Shown here one piece after another: positions 25,901 through 37,467 of a stretch of DNA of 64,000 nt. Location: positions 1,860,001-1,924,000 of the forward strand of contig NW_027270954.1 of the NCBI RefSeq assembly GCF_040938485.1, read 5' to 3'. Numbering within the stretch: the stretch's first letter is position 1; each line of letters starts with the position of its first letter. The translations under genes were made by a program, and so were the position numbers. This stretch comes from Diadema antillarum (Eukaryota). The notes below the pieces were generated by a model that did not search any database, was not told where the DNA came from, and was given only the letters and a program-made list of their open reading frames with translations.

Positions 25901-28900
25901 AGTGGAGAGTATCATCAATAGTCGACCCATCACTAGAGTTTCTGACGACCCAAACGATCTGGAAGCTCTAACACCGAATCATCTGTTGCAGTTGAAGTCT
26001 ACCCCCCTGCTGCCCCCATCGGTCACTAGGCAGACCGATATCTATGCGAGACGTCGATGGCGACAGGTACAATATATGGCGGACATCTTTTGGAGGAGAT
26101 GGCTGAAGGAGTACCTGCCGCAACTGCAGGAGAGGCAAAGATGGGTGTGCCGCAACAGAAACATTCAGGTCGGAGATGTTGTGCTCGTCGTCGATGACAC
26201 GTACCACGAAACGTTTGGCCGATGGGACGAATTCAGCGAACCATACCTGACAGAGAAGGCCTTGTCCGTCGCGTTGAGGTGAAGACCAAGACTGGTGTTT
26301 ATCTGCGACCAATCAGCAAGCTGTGTCTCCTTTTAGAGGGAGATTCATGACTGTTTTTGCAGATCTACACATTCGATCGCGATGGAACATTTTGCTGGAA
26401 TTTCGCGATACTCTCAGTGATCATATGTGTGTAAAAATTGGAGATCCGGATACATATACGCAAGTAAAGGTGATCAGATATTGTGATAACAAATTCTGGT
26501 TAGTATAGAGTGTGTTTTGATAATGAGTAATTCCTTTTTTGTATTTTTACATGGAACAAAATTTGTGTCGCGAACCGACAGGAATTCACATTGCGTTTCG
26601 TCACAAATCAAGTCAACCAGCTGAAGGGGAACTGATCGTAAAGCTTGGTTTGTGATTGGACCGTGAACAATTTTGTGTCAAGCCTGGACGGACTGTGCGA
26701 ACAGATATTATGATGTGACTTGGACTCCATGGGATTTGATAGAACAAATGAGGAGCCAATTAGTCACATGAACAATTCGTCAGATGCAAGAGTTGAATTT
26801 TGTATGCAAGTACAGTTTCGTTACCTGGTATACATCATTATGTGTTTTGATAAAGCATTGATGTGATTTGTATGCGGTAGTTTTTATAATTGTATGATTA
26901 TGCACAGATGGTATTGTGTAGTCATATATAGTGCATTTTGCCATGTGATATGTGATGGAGACAGACAAATGCTTAGCAGAATTTGCTTATTTGTTTGGTT
27001 GTATTCTCCTTTAACCAGTAATGTAATGAGTAGTATATTGTGTATTCAGCCTATTTTAGAACATTACAAATTCCAAATATGCCAAAAGGGAGACATTCTA
27101 AATTTAGGCTTGTTGTTCAAGTGGAAATATTGTCAAATTCAAGATAAGTTATAAGCAAGGGAAGAGATTTTGATTTTTGGCAAAGCACATATAAAGAAAG
27201 ATGGTATTGATTTTAGTACAGCTGTATACACAAATAGTGTGTTAAAGGTCAGTACATAGTATGATGTTATATACCCGCATAGGTATACATATGTATGCAT
27301 TTGAGTTATAAGAAGACATGAGAAACGCATATACATGAAAATGTATCTTATGTGTGTCATGGTGACATATGTCATTTTTATTCAGTGGCAAGCAAATTTT
27401 CTTACCACAAGTGCCATATTGTAAAGTAAGTAGCATGAGTTTGCTTTCATTATGTTGTTTCGTTATGTTGTATTTGTATTGGCAATCAGTGGAAAGGTGA
27501 TACAGGTTTTTTAATGCTGTTTTGTATGTACAATTGTATACCGGTATTCAGGTATACTGCAGTGCAAAGCAACTTCACTCTCTAGGCCAAGAGACCATCC
27601 AGAGTGAGTCAGTGAATTAAGATGGCTGTGGCATTCACAAGGCTGTAGATAAAGTAGATTATGTTTGTTAGATCTCAAGAGATTCAATAATTTTGTGCAG
27701 AAATGACAGAGAAGGTCAGTGCACTTCTACCACAGTGTTTGGTTACTTACACAGTACACTGATGTTGTTCGGGCTGGGTTATGTTGATACATGGTTTGAT
27801 GGACAATAGTCATTGAAACACGTTTTATTGTTCATGTTTAACCCACTTTAATTACGTTTTGTTTTGTTGTTCCTTTTTTGTGCAAAAAATTTGGTGATAT
27901 ACAGTATTGCTCAAAACAGTATTGTTTAGAAATGCAACACTGGAAGGATGCATATTTTTTTTTGAAAGAAATAGGGGTATCTGTAATAAGCATATCAACA
28001 GAGTTCATGAGAAATGTATGAATAAGATTTTATATTTTATGTTGATACTTGATATGCATTGGTGCACAGGTATGCAGTATCATCCAGAAGTGGTACAAAA
28101 CTGTATGTGTGTATGGTTGAATTCCATGCTGTAAATACATTTATGTTTGGATTACATTGTAGATTAAGGGTACAGTGTAGGTCAAATTCAAGCTAATAGA
28201 TTTGGCAGGTTTAGTTGGTCATTGTACATTTGAAGATGTTATATGTTTCGTTCTGTTTGCTATGCCGGGATGCATACATATTTGACACATTTATGCAAGC
28301 TGGGTATAGTATCGAGTGTACAATATGTTTTGTAAACAGCTGGCTTTGGATTTGGCTAAATCTTGAAGTGGTCAACAGTTGTGTTGCAGAAGTATGGGAA
28401 TATATTTGATGTAGTTTGTTTATGTACATGTTAAAGGTATAAGTGGACTGCAGGTATGATGTATATTTGTTGTATCATGGGTTACAATTAGCAAACTCAT
28501 GGTTGCAAATAAGGAAGGAACAGAAGAGGCGTGGCAGTTAACGTTTTAGTGTTTATTACAGAACTGTCTGTCTCCAGACATGCACTCATAGATATATAAG
28601 AACAGTTTCAACAAGTGGATTGTTGGAATGCATGCTGACACTTGAGGCACATGCATACATTAGGCTACACAGAGGTTACATAATGAATGTCAGGGTGTTT
28701 AGACACTTTATGAATATGTGATGTTCTTCTGTAAACATAACAATATTCAATTTTGTCCTTGCCATTGTTGCCAGTGAAAGGTGACTACATGTATTTCTGC
28801 ATCAAAGACATGTTTTATAGGCTTACATGTGTAGCACAAGGTTGTATGTGTAAGGGGTTGTTGTAGTTTGATAGTATGTAGCATATTTTCGAGTTAGCGT

Positions 28901-31900
28901 TGTTTATTGTGGTCAATAGATTGTTGGGTGGCAAGAAGGAACATTAATGTGATTAATGATGGTGGTAGGTTTTGGTAATTTTAAAAGGGGTTACCCTCTT
29001 TTGAAAATTAAGGGGCCGGTATGTAGGAGCCGTTCCATGCATTTGTTTCATTTGCGCCATCTAGTGTTGAACATAGGAAAAGTCACATGTATGTTGGTTG
29101 TTAGGGAGAGAGGAGAGGTGAGGCGCCAGGGTAAGAAAAGAGCTTCAGAGGTGAAGTGAAGACTGCTGTTAGAGATAGGCAGGAAAAGGGTCATGAAGAG
29201 CAGAAGGTAGAGAACCAGAGGTAGGGGTGGAAACCTACAAGTTTCCTTTAACCTCTCATTGCTTACGTTGTTTTCTTTGCTCATATTGTGTGATATTTGC
29301 CACTTGGTTTGGATCAAAATAAAAGGAAGGGAATTGTTCATTTGACCGCCAGATGAGATCCAAATCTGTGATTACTATCACTGCGTGTGTCGCATGTGAG
29401 TACGACAATCAACGGTGTGGTGCACGATGAACAGTGTGTTGGTGCGCAGTACAGCTATTAGGAGGTTTAGGATGCTGTTACATAGCACGGAAGAAACATC
29501 GATGTCAGTATATGGGAGCGTGTAAGGTGCCTGTAGGCGTGTGGCTGTTTAGTACGGCGAATACCCCCCTACCGTCTGTGACTGTGTGTACGTGAAACGT
29601 CGAGAGTGAAAGGAACAGCTGAAAGGAAGGATGAACATGTGTATTTAATGGTGGACAACATACACAAAGTCACAAGATCACACATAGGACCTCGGCGCGT
29701 ACAAATATGCTACTGTACGCGTTACTGCACATATTATGTAATACGGTATATACAGTTCGTTATTTCGCCGGTTCGTTTTTCCAAGTCTCAAAGTTCCAAA
29801 CGTCCGTTATACCTGTATACCACATATGAAACAATATGGTTTGTTTTCCCGAACAGTCATTCATTGTTTCGACGGTTCGTCAATCCGAGATGAAAATTTG
29901 TCAGTTTTGTGATTTGCTAGTACGTCGCTTTCTTTTCATTTTCGGATTAAGAACCTTGTTTTACTTTTGGAGTAACAAACATTATGATTAACGAACTTTA
30001 TTCCATTTTCAGATAAACAGACCTTCCGAAAAAAAGTTCTTTTTTTTTTGAGAACTCATTTCAATTTCGTACAGACGGAGATTCGAAATAGCGAACTTTG
30101 AATAACGCCTCAAACATTCGGATTTACAAACTATTTCATTTTTGGATTAGCAACATCTAGGTTCATAATTTATGTGTTTCGGAACAACGAACCTTCGAAA
30201 TAGTAAGCCTTATTTCATATTTTTAGTTCTGTTCAGTTCAGCTCAGTTCAGTTTATTTCTACATTCCATTTTCAATTCACTACCACCCAGAAACCACTGG
30301 GCCAGTGACGCAAATAAATAAAATTTTCAGTTTATTCATTTTTTTTTGGTTCTTGTTGTTGCTGCTTTTTTTTTGGGGGGGGGGGGAAGGGTAAGTTTAT
30401 AATTCTGATGCCACTTCCGGGTTTCATCGGCTAAAAAGCCCACCCCCCCCCCCCCAACCAGGCCTTCAGAGCGCTTTTTCTGGCTCCACTTCCGGGGTAA
30501 AAAGAGTGGGGCCCCCAGTCCCCCGTTGTACACCGGCCCTGAAAAAACAAGGATACACTTTGAATTCCTTTTATTATCATTCTCAGATAAAGCGCCCTTT
30601 TCGTTCGAGGTACCCTCGTGTGTCGCAGAGTCGTGTTACGAATATCGAGGCGTGGTCATGCCAGATGGAATGCCGCCACAGTGTATGAAGGCTTTGGAAA
30701 ACTTTCCGCTTCGTCCAGACGACATCTTTATCATCACATACCCAAAATCAGGTGGAATATATTTATATATATTGTATACGTTTGTGACAATACAAGGATT
30801 TGAATCAATACCCTTTCTAAAAGGAGCGTGAGGAATAGAATAAACTTATTTTCAGTGAATGGCAGCAATGTCTGACATTTCACCTTTCTAAAAAGACATA
30901 CAGACATATTGATCCTGCGTTTTTGTTTTTACGTTAACAAATAAGCTGTTATAGTATAAATAAAAGTAAGATTAGTTGACATGATTTCCCTTTCCGTTAT
31001 CCGAAACTAATCAATAAGAATAAAAAATAGTGTACCATAATAATAGACCAGTCGGCGTCCTAAAGTCATATTAGTCGTCATTGAGGTCATGCTATCTGTA
31101 GTCGAACTAGTGGATATAAATGTGAGCTTAATGGAAATTCACAGGAAATAAAAATGTTTGTTTGTTTGTTTGTTTGGTTTATTTCTGCATTTTCTTTCTC
31201 CGAATACAATTGCAAATGAAAACAAAATGATACAGATACATACAAATCAATACAAAAAAAAATCATTTGCGTAACAACATTCAGTCTGAAGTGGCATAAT
31301 TATGAATCAAAATAACATATTAAGGCTTACTGTATCTAATAACAAAGGAGAAATCAATACAGGGGACCGTCATCATAAGCAGAGCTTGACGTGGATGAGG
31401 CCATATCTGAATATGTGATACCAATGTAATACATTACCAAATATATGTACTCATAAAACTCTTAATCTTAATACACAAAACACATTTTGCTACAGAAAAA
31501 AAAAGCAGAAAAGAAAAACAGTGACTTGGCGCTTTAGAACAAGAAAAACAACAGCACGCAGCACCATTGACTGCTGCATGGTATGGATGGCGTTATAAAC
31601 TTATTTGAGGAATTTGCAATGACATTTGTGTCTTTTACAAACTTAATGTCTACTCAGTGTTAAGGCGTTGCCTATAAACATGAGTGGATTTCCCTCATTG
31701 TAAGGAATCTCTCCAATTTCTTTTCAATGTCATTCTAAGGTACTACATGGATGCAGCAGATAATGCTGCTCATCAAATTTGATGGGGACGCGTCCAAACT
31801 TGAGGGGCAGCATGTGATGCTGTTGATCCCATTTCTGGACGTAGTGGACTTTTTTAGCACCAAAGACGTGAGTACACAATAGACCAGTGCGAAGTTAGCT

Positions 31901-34900
31901 CATGGGCACCCTGGTACGAATGACCTTCATTTTTATTCTCAGTCGGTAAGGGGCACTTCACTCGTTTTTAGAGCGACATAACCATAAGCTTTACGTACCA
32001 ATTTATGTGATTCATCAATCCTGTTCAAACAAAGAATAAACTTGCATAGACCAGATGACCAGAATGTTCCGTCGTATTAAGCAAACATTTCGTTATTTTG
32101 CATTGAAGGTATCACGTATTAACAATCTCTTTCTATAGATATTGCCAAATACTACTTCTGCTGTCAGATTGATGTGCTGGCAATCAGCATTTCTAAGGAT
32201 TACATGAATAATGTTATGCATACCAGATGCTAACCAAAGTACAAAGCAACATCTCTCTGGTACAAATGACCCTTTTTTTTTTTTTTTTTTTTTTTTTTGC
32301 TCATGCACAAAGTGGAACTGCGAACTGTCTTATTGATGCTGACGACTCCACAATAAACGCATTAAAATGTGCTTTTTTTTCTCGTTAGGGCATTGTAATT
32401 GAACTGCTTTATTCCAATATTTATGTAAGACCTATAAGCATACATGAAATACTTTTGAATAACGTTACTATAAAAGACAAAAAAAAAACCGCAAAGAAAC
32501 AAACAAATACACAGACACTTTAAAACAAACGGTGTAAGACTTTTTAACGTAGATATATTAAGGCTGTATGTTGATTTACTCTGTGTTATGTTTTGTTGGG
32601 GGGAAAAAGAAGAATGAAAATAACTGAATTGAATTGAATTGAATTGAATTGAAATGAAATGAAATGAAATGAAATGAATAGAGTATGAGCCACCTTCTCG
32701 CGAAATCCATTCATTGTAATTGTGTAAGATTTACTCCAATTCTTATCAAATGCACTTAAACAATTCTAATGTTAATTTTGATTATAATTTAAACTACTCT
32801 TACAAAATGCAACGTGTTCCTTATAGTTATTGTACTTGAAAGAAGTTTTAAATGTGTGCCTCCTGTTAAAATTCTTTTTTTTTTCATTGAAGAATGTATT
32901 GGAGAAAAAGGCAAAAAACTCGTATAACTGAAATATTGGTGAGTTATTATCAGGATTAGAGATTTACAAGCTTGGGTTTGCATGTCTAAATGCATCTCTC
33001 AAACCGAAATGTTCATATCTTTACCAAGTTTAACACAGCGCCACCGATGGCTGACTATGCGAAAGACATGCCATCCCCACGAGTGTTAAAGACCCACTGC
33101 CTTTCGGACTGGCTGCCCCTGGGTATCAGAACAGATGATCCCGAGGCAAAGGTCATCTACATAGGACGCAATCCCAAGGATACCGCGGTGTCGTATTACC
33201 ATTTCTGCCTTCATGTCTTGGATCTGCCTTCATACGAGTCGTGGGATATCTTCTTTGAGGAGTTTATCGCTGGAAGAGGTACGTGAGGCATCTGGTCTGT
33301 TAATGCAAATAATAAATGTGACCCTGCACCACAAAACTAACAAAAAGTCGCCAGACATGGATTTTCAGTTAAGAACAAATTCTGAAAGAGCAGACTTCAT
33401 GCTTTAAAATGATGTATAACTCAATACAATTGGACGTTCCTAATCTAAATATCAAAAAGAAAACGCAACTCTGGAAAAGTGGCTGAGAAAAGAGGCTCAA
33501 AAGTATAGGGTCTCTTCAAGCATTCAATCTTACCAAGCCGTACTAGTTGTGCAATGAAAGGGACAAAAACAAGATGTGACACTCCTCAGCATAAACTATG
33601 AAGAAATTATTAGACTAGGTTGTAATTGACCATGCTCTATAAGCACATTCTAGCTATGGTTAATACAAACGTTCAAAGCAGTAGCATTATTCATTCAAAA
33701 AGTTGAAAGTGAAGAGTGTGAACCAGTTTAAACAAAAATGGAGACTCTACGATACACCTAGGTGAGAGTGAAGATTTTGTACCAGGTTTTTAAGAAAGTT
33801 TTCGTCGCCTTCGGGTGCATAGATTGCGCAGTCAAAGACGTACAGTGTTATCTTTTGTATCTTCTGGATAGGATATAGTTTTATGTATTACAACATGCAT
33901 CATTACGTGAAAACAGCAATATCAGTTGATTTTGACGTTCCTTAAAATTTTCAGCGCCACAAGGATCATGGTTTGAGAACGTCCTGCCTTGGTGGAGAAG
34001 GCGGAACCATCCCAACGTACTCTTCCTTAAGTATGAGGACATGAAGAAGGTCTGGTTTTTATACTTTTTATGATTCATGATTGCATTTCGACCCCCTTAA
34101 TCAATATTTGACTCCGTGAACCAATTCTTCCGAAATTTTGAGAGAAGAAAAAATAAGCCTCCTCTCTGTAGCCAAATTGCCTTGATGAAGACAGTGGTGT
34201 CAAACAAACGGATCAAGTTTCTCTGAAACAGGACAAGATTTGGGGATTTCAATGTGTTTTTACTAAACAGGAATATCAATTGTAACATCATCAGCACATA
34301 GGCGCTGGCAGTGAGTTCCAAAAAGGTTTAATTGGCCCATACTTAAGCCCTGCTGACAAGATCAGCTGTCATTGTTCCTCCATATTCAAGCAATTACTTC
34401 TGCACTTCCAAACTTTACGCCAACATGGTCATCCTGGCGCCCAAAGGCATTTGGTGTGACTGAAAATTTATGGGTACAAAGAATGTTTAGATATTTGTTG
34501 ACGTCATGGACAATTTATAATAAGGGAGAGTATACTTTCTGTAGGGAGAGAGAATATTTGTAGAGATTGTCATTTGTAAATTGAAATATTTCGTGTCATT
34601 CTTTATTGCACTTCTTGTCTTGGAATGACATAATTTTCTACTCAACAGTGTTTTAGCGTCATGTATGACCCTCCCCCCCCCCCCCCCAAAAAAAAAATAA
34701 TAATAATAATTATCAAAAGTCGTTTTTTTTTTAATTAATCTGCTATCTTATTGTTTCTTGAAGCTATTCTCAGTCAATAAAACACATGTGTTTGACGAAT
34801 CCCATTCGTATTTGCTGTTCTCACTTGTAGGATCCGACTGATACAGTAAAGCAGGTAGCCCGATTCATGGGAAATTCCCTCTCTGATGACGTCATCAATC

Positions 34901-35569
34901 GCATTGTTGAGGGCTCCACTTTCAGCGCGATGAAGAAAAGCAAGAGTTCGAACCCTGACTCCATTCTGATATTGAGCGAAGATGCGAAAAAACAAGGCAC
35001 TTCATTTATGAGAAAAGGTCGGGCAGTGAGTGGATTTATGCTGATGACTACAAAAAATACCGTAAATGACTTGAAATGAATGACACATAGAGGACGTTGG
35101 AAACTTAATGACACATATTCAGCATTATCCAGACATTGCAATGACACCTTGTCTATGAATTCTTGTATTTTATGAAATTGAATGGATAAGCGGTAATTTC
35201 GTTTGGAAACTCCCGAAACCAAAAATAACCTGAAGTTAATAAACAAATATATTCGGGACTTCTGCAGATCAACCCATTCGACTGTTTGGTAGTTTGTAAT
35301 ACAGGGTAACATTTTCTATTTATAGACAAAACTCACCTTCATGCCTACTTTAGTACCTGATTTCGAATCATATCCCATCGTTCAACATGAAGTGTTTTTT
35401 ATGTCATTCGAACATTCCTCGTATCTACTTTTTATTTACATCTTTCCACCGTTCGTTAGGCGCAATTGGAGACTGGAAAAATTACTTTTCTGAAGATCAG
35501 AACCGTCGTTTTGATGAACTCTACACGAAGGAAATGGCCGGCTCTGGACTAGAGTTTCAGTTTGAATAG
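13949..35569 (+). CDS. SULT: Cytosolic sulfotransferase, SULT1-like (SULT-B), 7 coding exons, 327 aa. Exons: 13949-13997, 30587-30751, 31740-31867, 33029-33278, 33955-34049, 34831-35017, 35460-35569
   Basis: Exons 2-7 are clearly homologous to SULT-A (TYPKSGTTW, KTH, RNPKDTAVSYYHF, RKGAIGDWKNYF). Exon 1 is ATGGCTTCA..CGTG|GTAAGT (MASAATTGELAERRLR), a phase-1 donor matching the phase-1 acceptor at 30586, with the same ATGGCTTCA start as both paralogs. Spliced CDS is 984 nt and open. The exon 1 assignment is less certain than the rest. Confidence 0.88.
14325..15411. mobile_element. Foldback MITE with TAG...CTA termini (Academ-like), ~360-bp inverted arms
   Basis: TAGTCCATGGGCCA...TGGCCCATGGACTA with 3-bp TSD TAG; arms ~14325-14690 and ~15058-15411; absent from copy 2. 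The Academ label is inferred from the TAG termini and 3-bp TSD only. Confidence 0.8.
15667..17639. mobile_element. PIF/Harbinger-type MITE (1973 bp including a nested insert)
   Basis: Perfect 15-bp TIR AGGCCGTGTCACACC and TAA TSD. The empty site catttttaaggttg is present in copy 2. Confidence 0.82.
16375..17540. mobile_element. Tc1/mariner-type foldback MITE nested in the Harbinger-type element
   Basis: TA|CTAGGTGTTTCAAAAAACATTTCCCACTTTTGAT...ATCAAAAGTGGGAAATGTTTTTTGAAACACCTAG|TA, with imperfect inverted arms of ~350 bp. Confidence 0.75.
18821..19502 (+). repeat. 5' LTR of BEL/Pao element (682 bp)
   Basis: TGTAGGAGCC...CGCGTACA; no differences from the 3' LTR on line-by-line comparison. Confidence 0.96.
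20694..26350 (+). CDS. BEL/Pao Gag-Pol polyprotein. In-frame ORF ends at 26282; the canonical integrase C-terminus continues in a shifted frame to TGA at 26348-26350
   Basis: Gag knuckles CLYCNKDNHHLTDC, CFACLRGSHFSKDC, CELCQNNHPTVLH. Protease FIDSGS. RT FYVDD. RNase H FADASEKGYG and WTDSM. Integrase H..H..CVMC, GVDYFGP, SDNGTNF, GVWERQI. Shifted-frame tail is PRNVWPMGRI..VRRVEVKTKTGVYLRPISKLCLLLEGDS*. Confidence 0.95.
29004..29021 (+). other. Polypurine tract (plus-strand primer site) of the BEL element
   Basis: aaaattaaggggccggta lies immediately 5' of the 3' LTR TG; position and G-run are as expected for a PPT. Confidence 0.6.
29022..29703 (+). repeat. 3' LTR of BEL/Pao element (682 bp)
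   Basis: Direct repeat of 18821-19502, followed by the AATAT TSD. Confidence 0.96.
29750..30213. repeat. Degenerate element built from a short motif (~CGGAATAACGAAC) in inverted arrangement
   Basis: Left half has gttcgttatttcg and gttcgtcaatccg; right half has ttcgaaatagcgaac and ttcggaacaacgaacc. Confidence 0.5.
31155..31415 (-). mobile_element. LINE 3' UTR/tail remnant in intron 2 of SULT-B
   Basis: Minus strand reads caagctctgcttatgatgacggtcccc (hairpin-like) and ends in aaataaaccaaacaaacaaac. Confidence 0.35.
32625..32678 (+). repeat. Compound (TGAAT)n/(TGAAA)n microsatellite
   Basis: Read directly. Confidence 0.9.
33317..33755 (+). mobile_element. TGTGACC-MITE, truncated at its right end, intron 4 of SULT-B
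   Basis: Left TIR tgtgaccctgcaccacaaaac and shared core (caagccgtactag, gtatagggtct); no right TIR seen. Confidence 0.6.
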
Positions 35570-37412
35570 TACTCCGCGGAAGCATCAGTATAATCTTAGC
35601 AAACAAACTATCTACATAATCATATACTGTAGTCACAAATTATGAAGTTCTTTTTATGGAAGTATATAAATATCGTTAACATGAATAAGGATTAATACTT
35701 AAACTCAGAATATAATTTCTGGTTGCTGGAACATACCTGGAAATAATGTTTTCAAAGTTTTAATTAGGGAAAACATTTATATACTGTGACCATTAATTCT
35801 CAAAAGTCATTGATAGACAAACATTAATCTATGTCACACGTCGTGCTCTGTCCTGTCTCACTGGTGTGTAGTGATGTGTCTTTGCATCACAAAAACCAAC
35901 GAATGATCGCCATATACTGAAAAATTTCTTTTTTTAAGTCAATACAATGTATCTATAGTTTTGAAAGAGATTTTGAACAGAGTTTTAGCTTTAAAATGAT
36001 GCATAGAAGTCATTTGATGTTCCTTTGATACGTATGATGAGTACTTTTCCAAACGGAGTATAATCCATATTTCGTCATGTTATTCCTTTTATACAAAATG
36101 AAGCAAAAAAGTATACGTTTTAAGTAGTCCCATGCAGTTACACTTGTACTGAAATTCTTGTGAGAGGAAGAAAATCGGGACTCATTTTTTTTTGTGAAAA
36201 AAATATGATGATTCTACCTCGAATGATTTTTTTTAAATGTTTTCTTTTTTATTGGAATATAAAACTACTTTTGGGATAACGTGTTTTCCCCAGAAAGGCA
36301 CAAGAGTCAGAGAAAAATAATAGCCACTAAAATAACATACATACATTACCGTGAAGATTTTTTCCCCAAGAAGATTATAAATTCTCAAAGTTTTCCAAAC
36401 TACATTTTCCATTTTCCATTATAAGGTACTCCTACGGAATGTAAAGTTATTGCATGAAAACAATAAGAAGCATGCGATTGTTTTTCCCCTCATACATGTA
36501 CCATGAAAGTTTATTTCGCACCTTTTTGGAAGGAACTCTTCCTATCATGAAATAAATATCGGAAAATCCGACATTCATATATTGCTCTTTAAAAAAGTGA
36601 GGTAGCCAGTTCGTATAATTAGACTGTACAATAGCTTTCTTTTCACAATTATGTGTACACCATATAAATAGATATATGATTTTTTTGTTTGTTTGTTTTT
36701 GTGGAAAACACTGAGATAAACTTAAGGGGGAAAAGATGATACAATTGTGTATCACACACCCTACAGACTGGAAACATGTATGTTTCTTATGTTTCATTTT
36801 TGCTTCCGTGTTTAGTTTCGATTTCATCAGACATACCTCTAGTATAGTTGTTATACATGATTCAATGTGGGATAACAGAAGTAAATCTTCGTGCCTTGTT
36901 AAAATCTCTATTTACGTCCACTTATCTTGTACACGATGTAAGATTCGTGAAAATGACTTCATGTTTGACAATGGCTAGACACAATTATTTAACCATGCTT
37001 TGTTATGCGCATTTACAAATTGTTACTACCATAATCTTCTTACATTTGTGTAGTAGAGAGATATAGAAAAAAAACCCGATCATTTGTGTAATGTGGTCTA
37101 ACGTGATATGGAAATTACTCTAAAACAAAAATACAACGAAGTACATAACATACGATTAAGGAATGCATTTTTCGAGATTATTTCATTTTAATACCTTGAT
37201 TTGCTTTGTTTGTCACAACTTGAAATAAAGTAAAAAAGTCAAGTATGCGCAGAATATATGTAACAGCATGGTGATGTCACTGCACTCCATACCTGTGCAG
37301 TAGTGCACAAATGTAGACAATAAAGTTATATTTATCGTGCATTATAACAAAACGTATAAACGTCACGTGGTATCAACATGACCAATAACAAATTATAAAT
37401 AACACTATTTAC

Positions 37413-37414
<2 letters not shown>

Positions 37415-37446
<32 letters not shown>
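37415..37446 (+). repeat. (TG)n microsatellite
   Basis: Read directly. Confidence 0.95.
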
Positions 37447-37450
<4 letters not shown>

Positions 37451-37467
37451 TCTTGGTTTAAAGATGA

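Larger units (their letters stand above)
18821..29703 (+). mobile_element. Full-length BEL/Pao LTR retrotransposon (10,883 bp) in intron 1 of SULT-B, same orientation as the gene
   Basis: Two 682-bp TG...CA LTRs, 5-bp TSD AATAT (18816-18820 and 29704-29708), and a single gag-pol ORF with the BEL domain order Gag-PR-RT-RH-IN. Confidence 0.97.

Noticed and set aside
20482-26312. Many minus-strand and alternate-frame ORFs over the BEL polyprotein
   Set aside because: These are shadow ORFs of a long coding sequence with no independent evidence.
26351-29021. env gene in the BEL element
   Set aside because: No long ORF with signal peptide or transmembrane segment is present on either strand.
30587-35569. 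SULT-B as a 5'-truncated pseudogene
   Set aside because: A phase-compatible first exon with the family ATGGCTTCA start exists at 13949, and the TE-subtracted intron length matches the paralogs.
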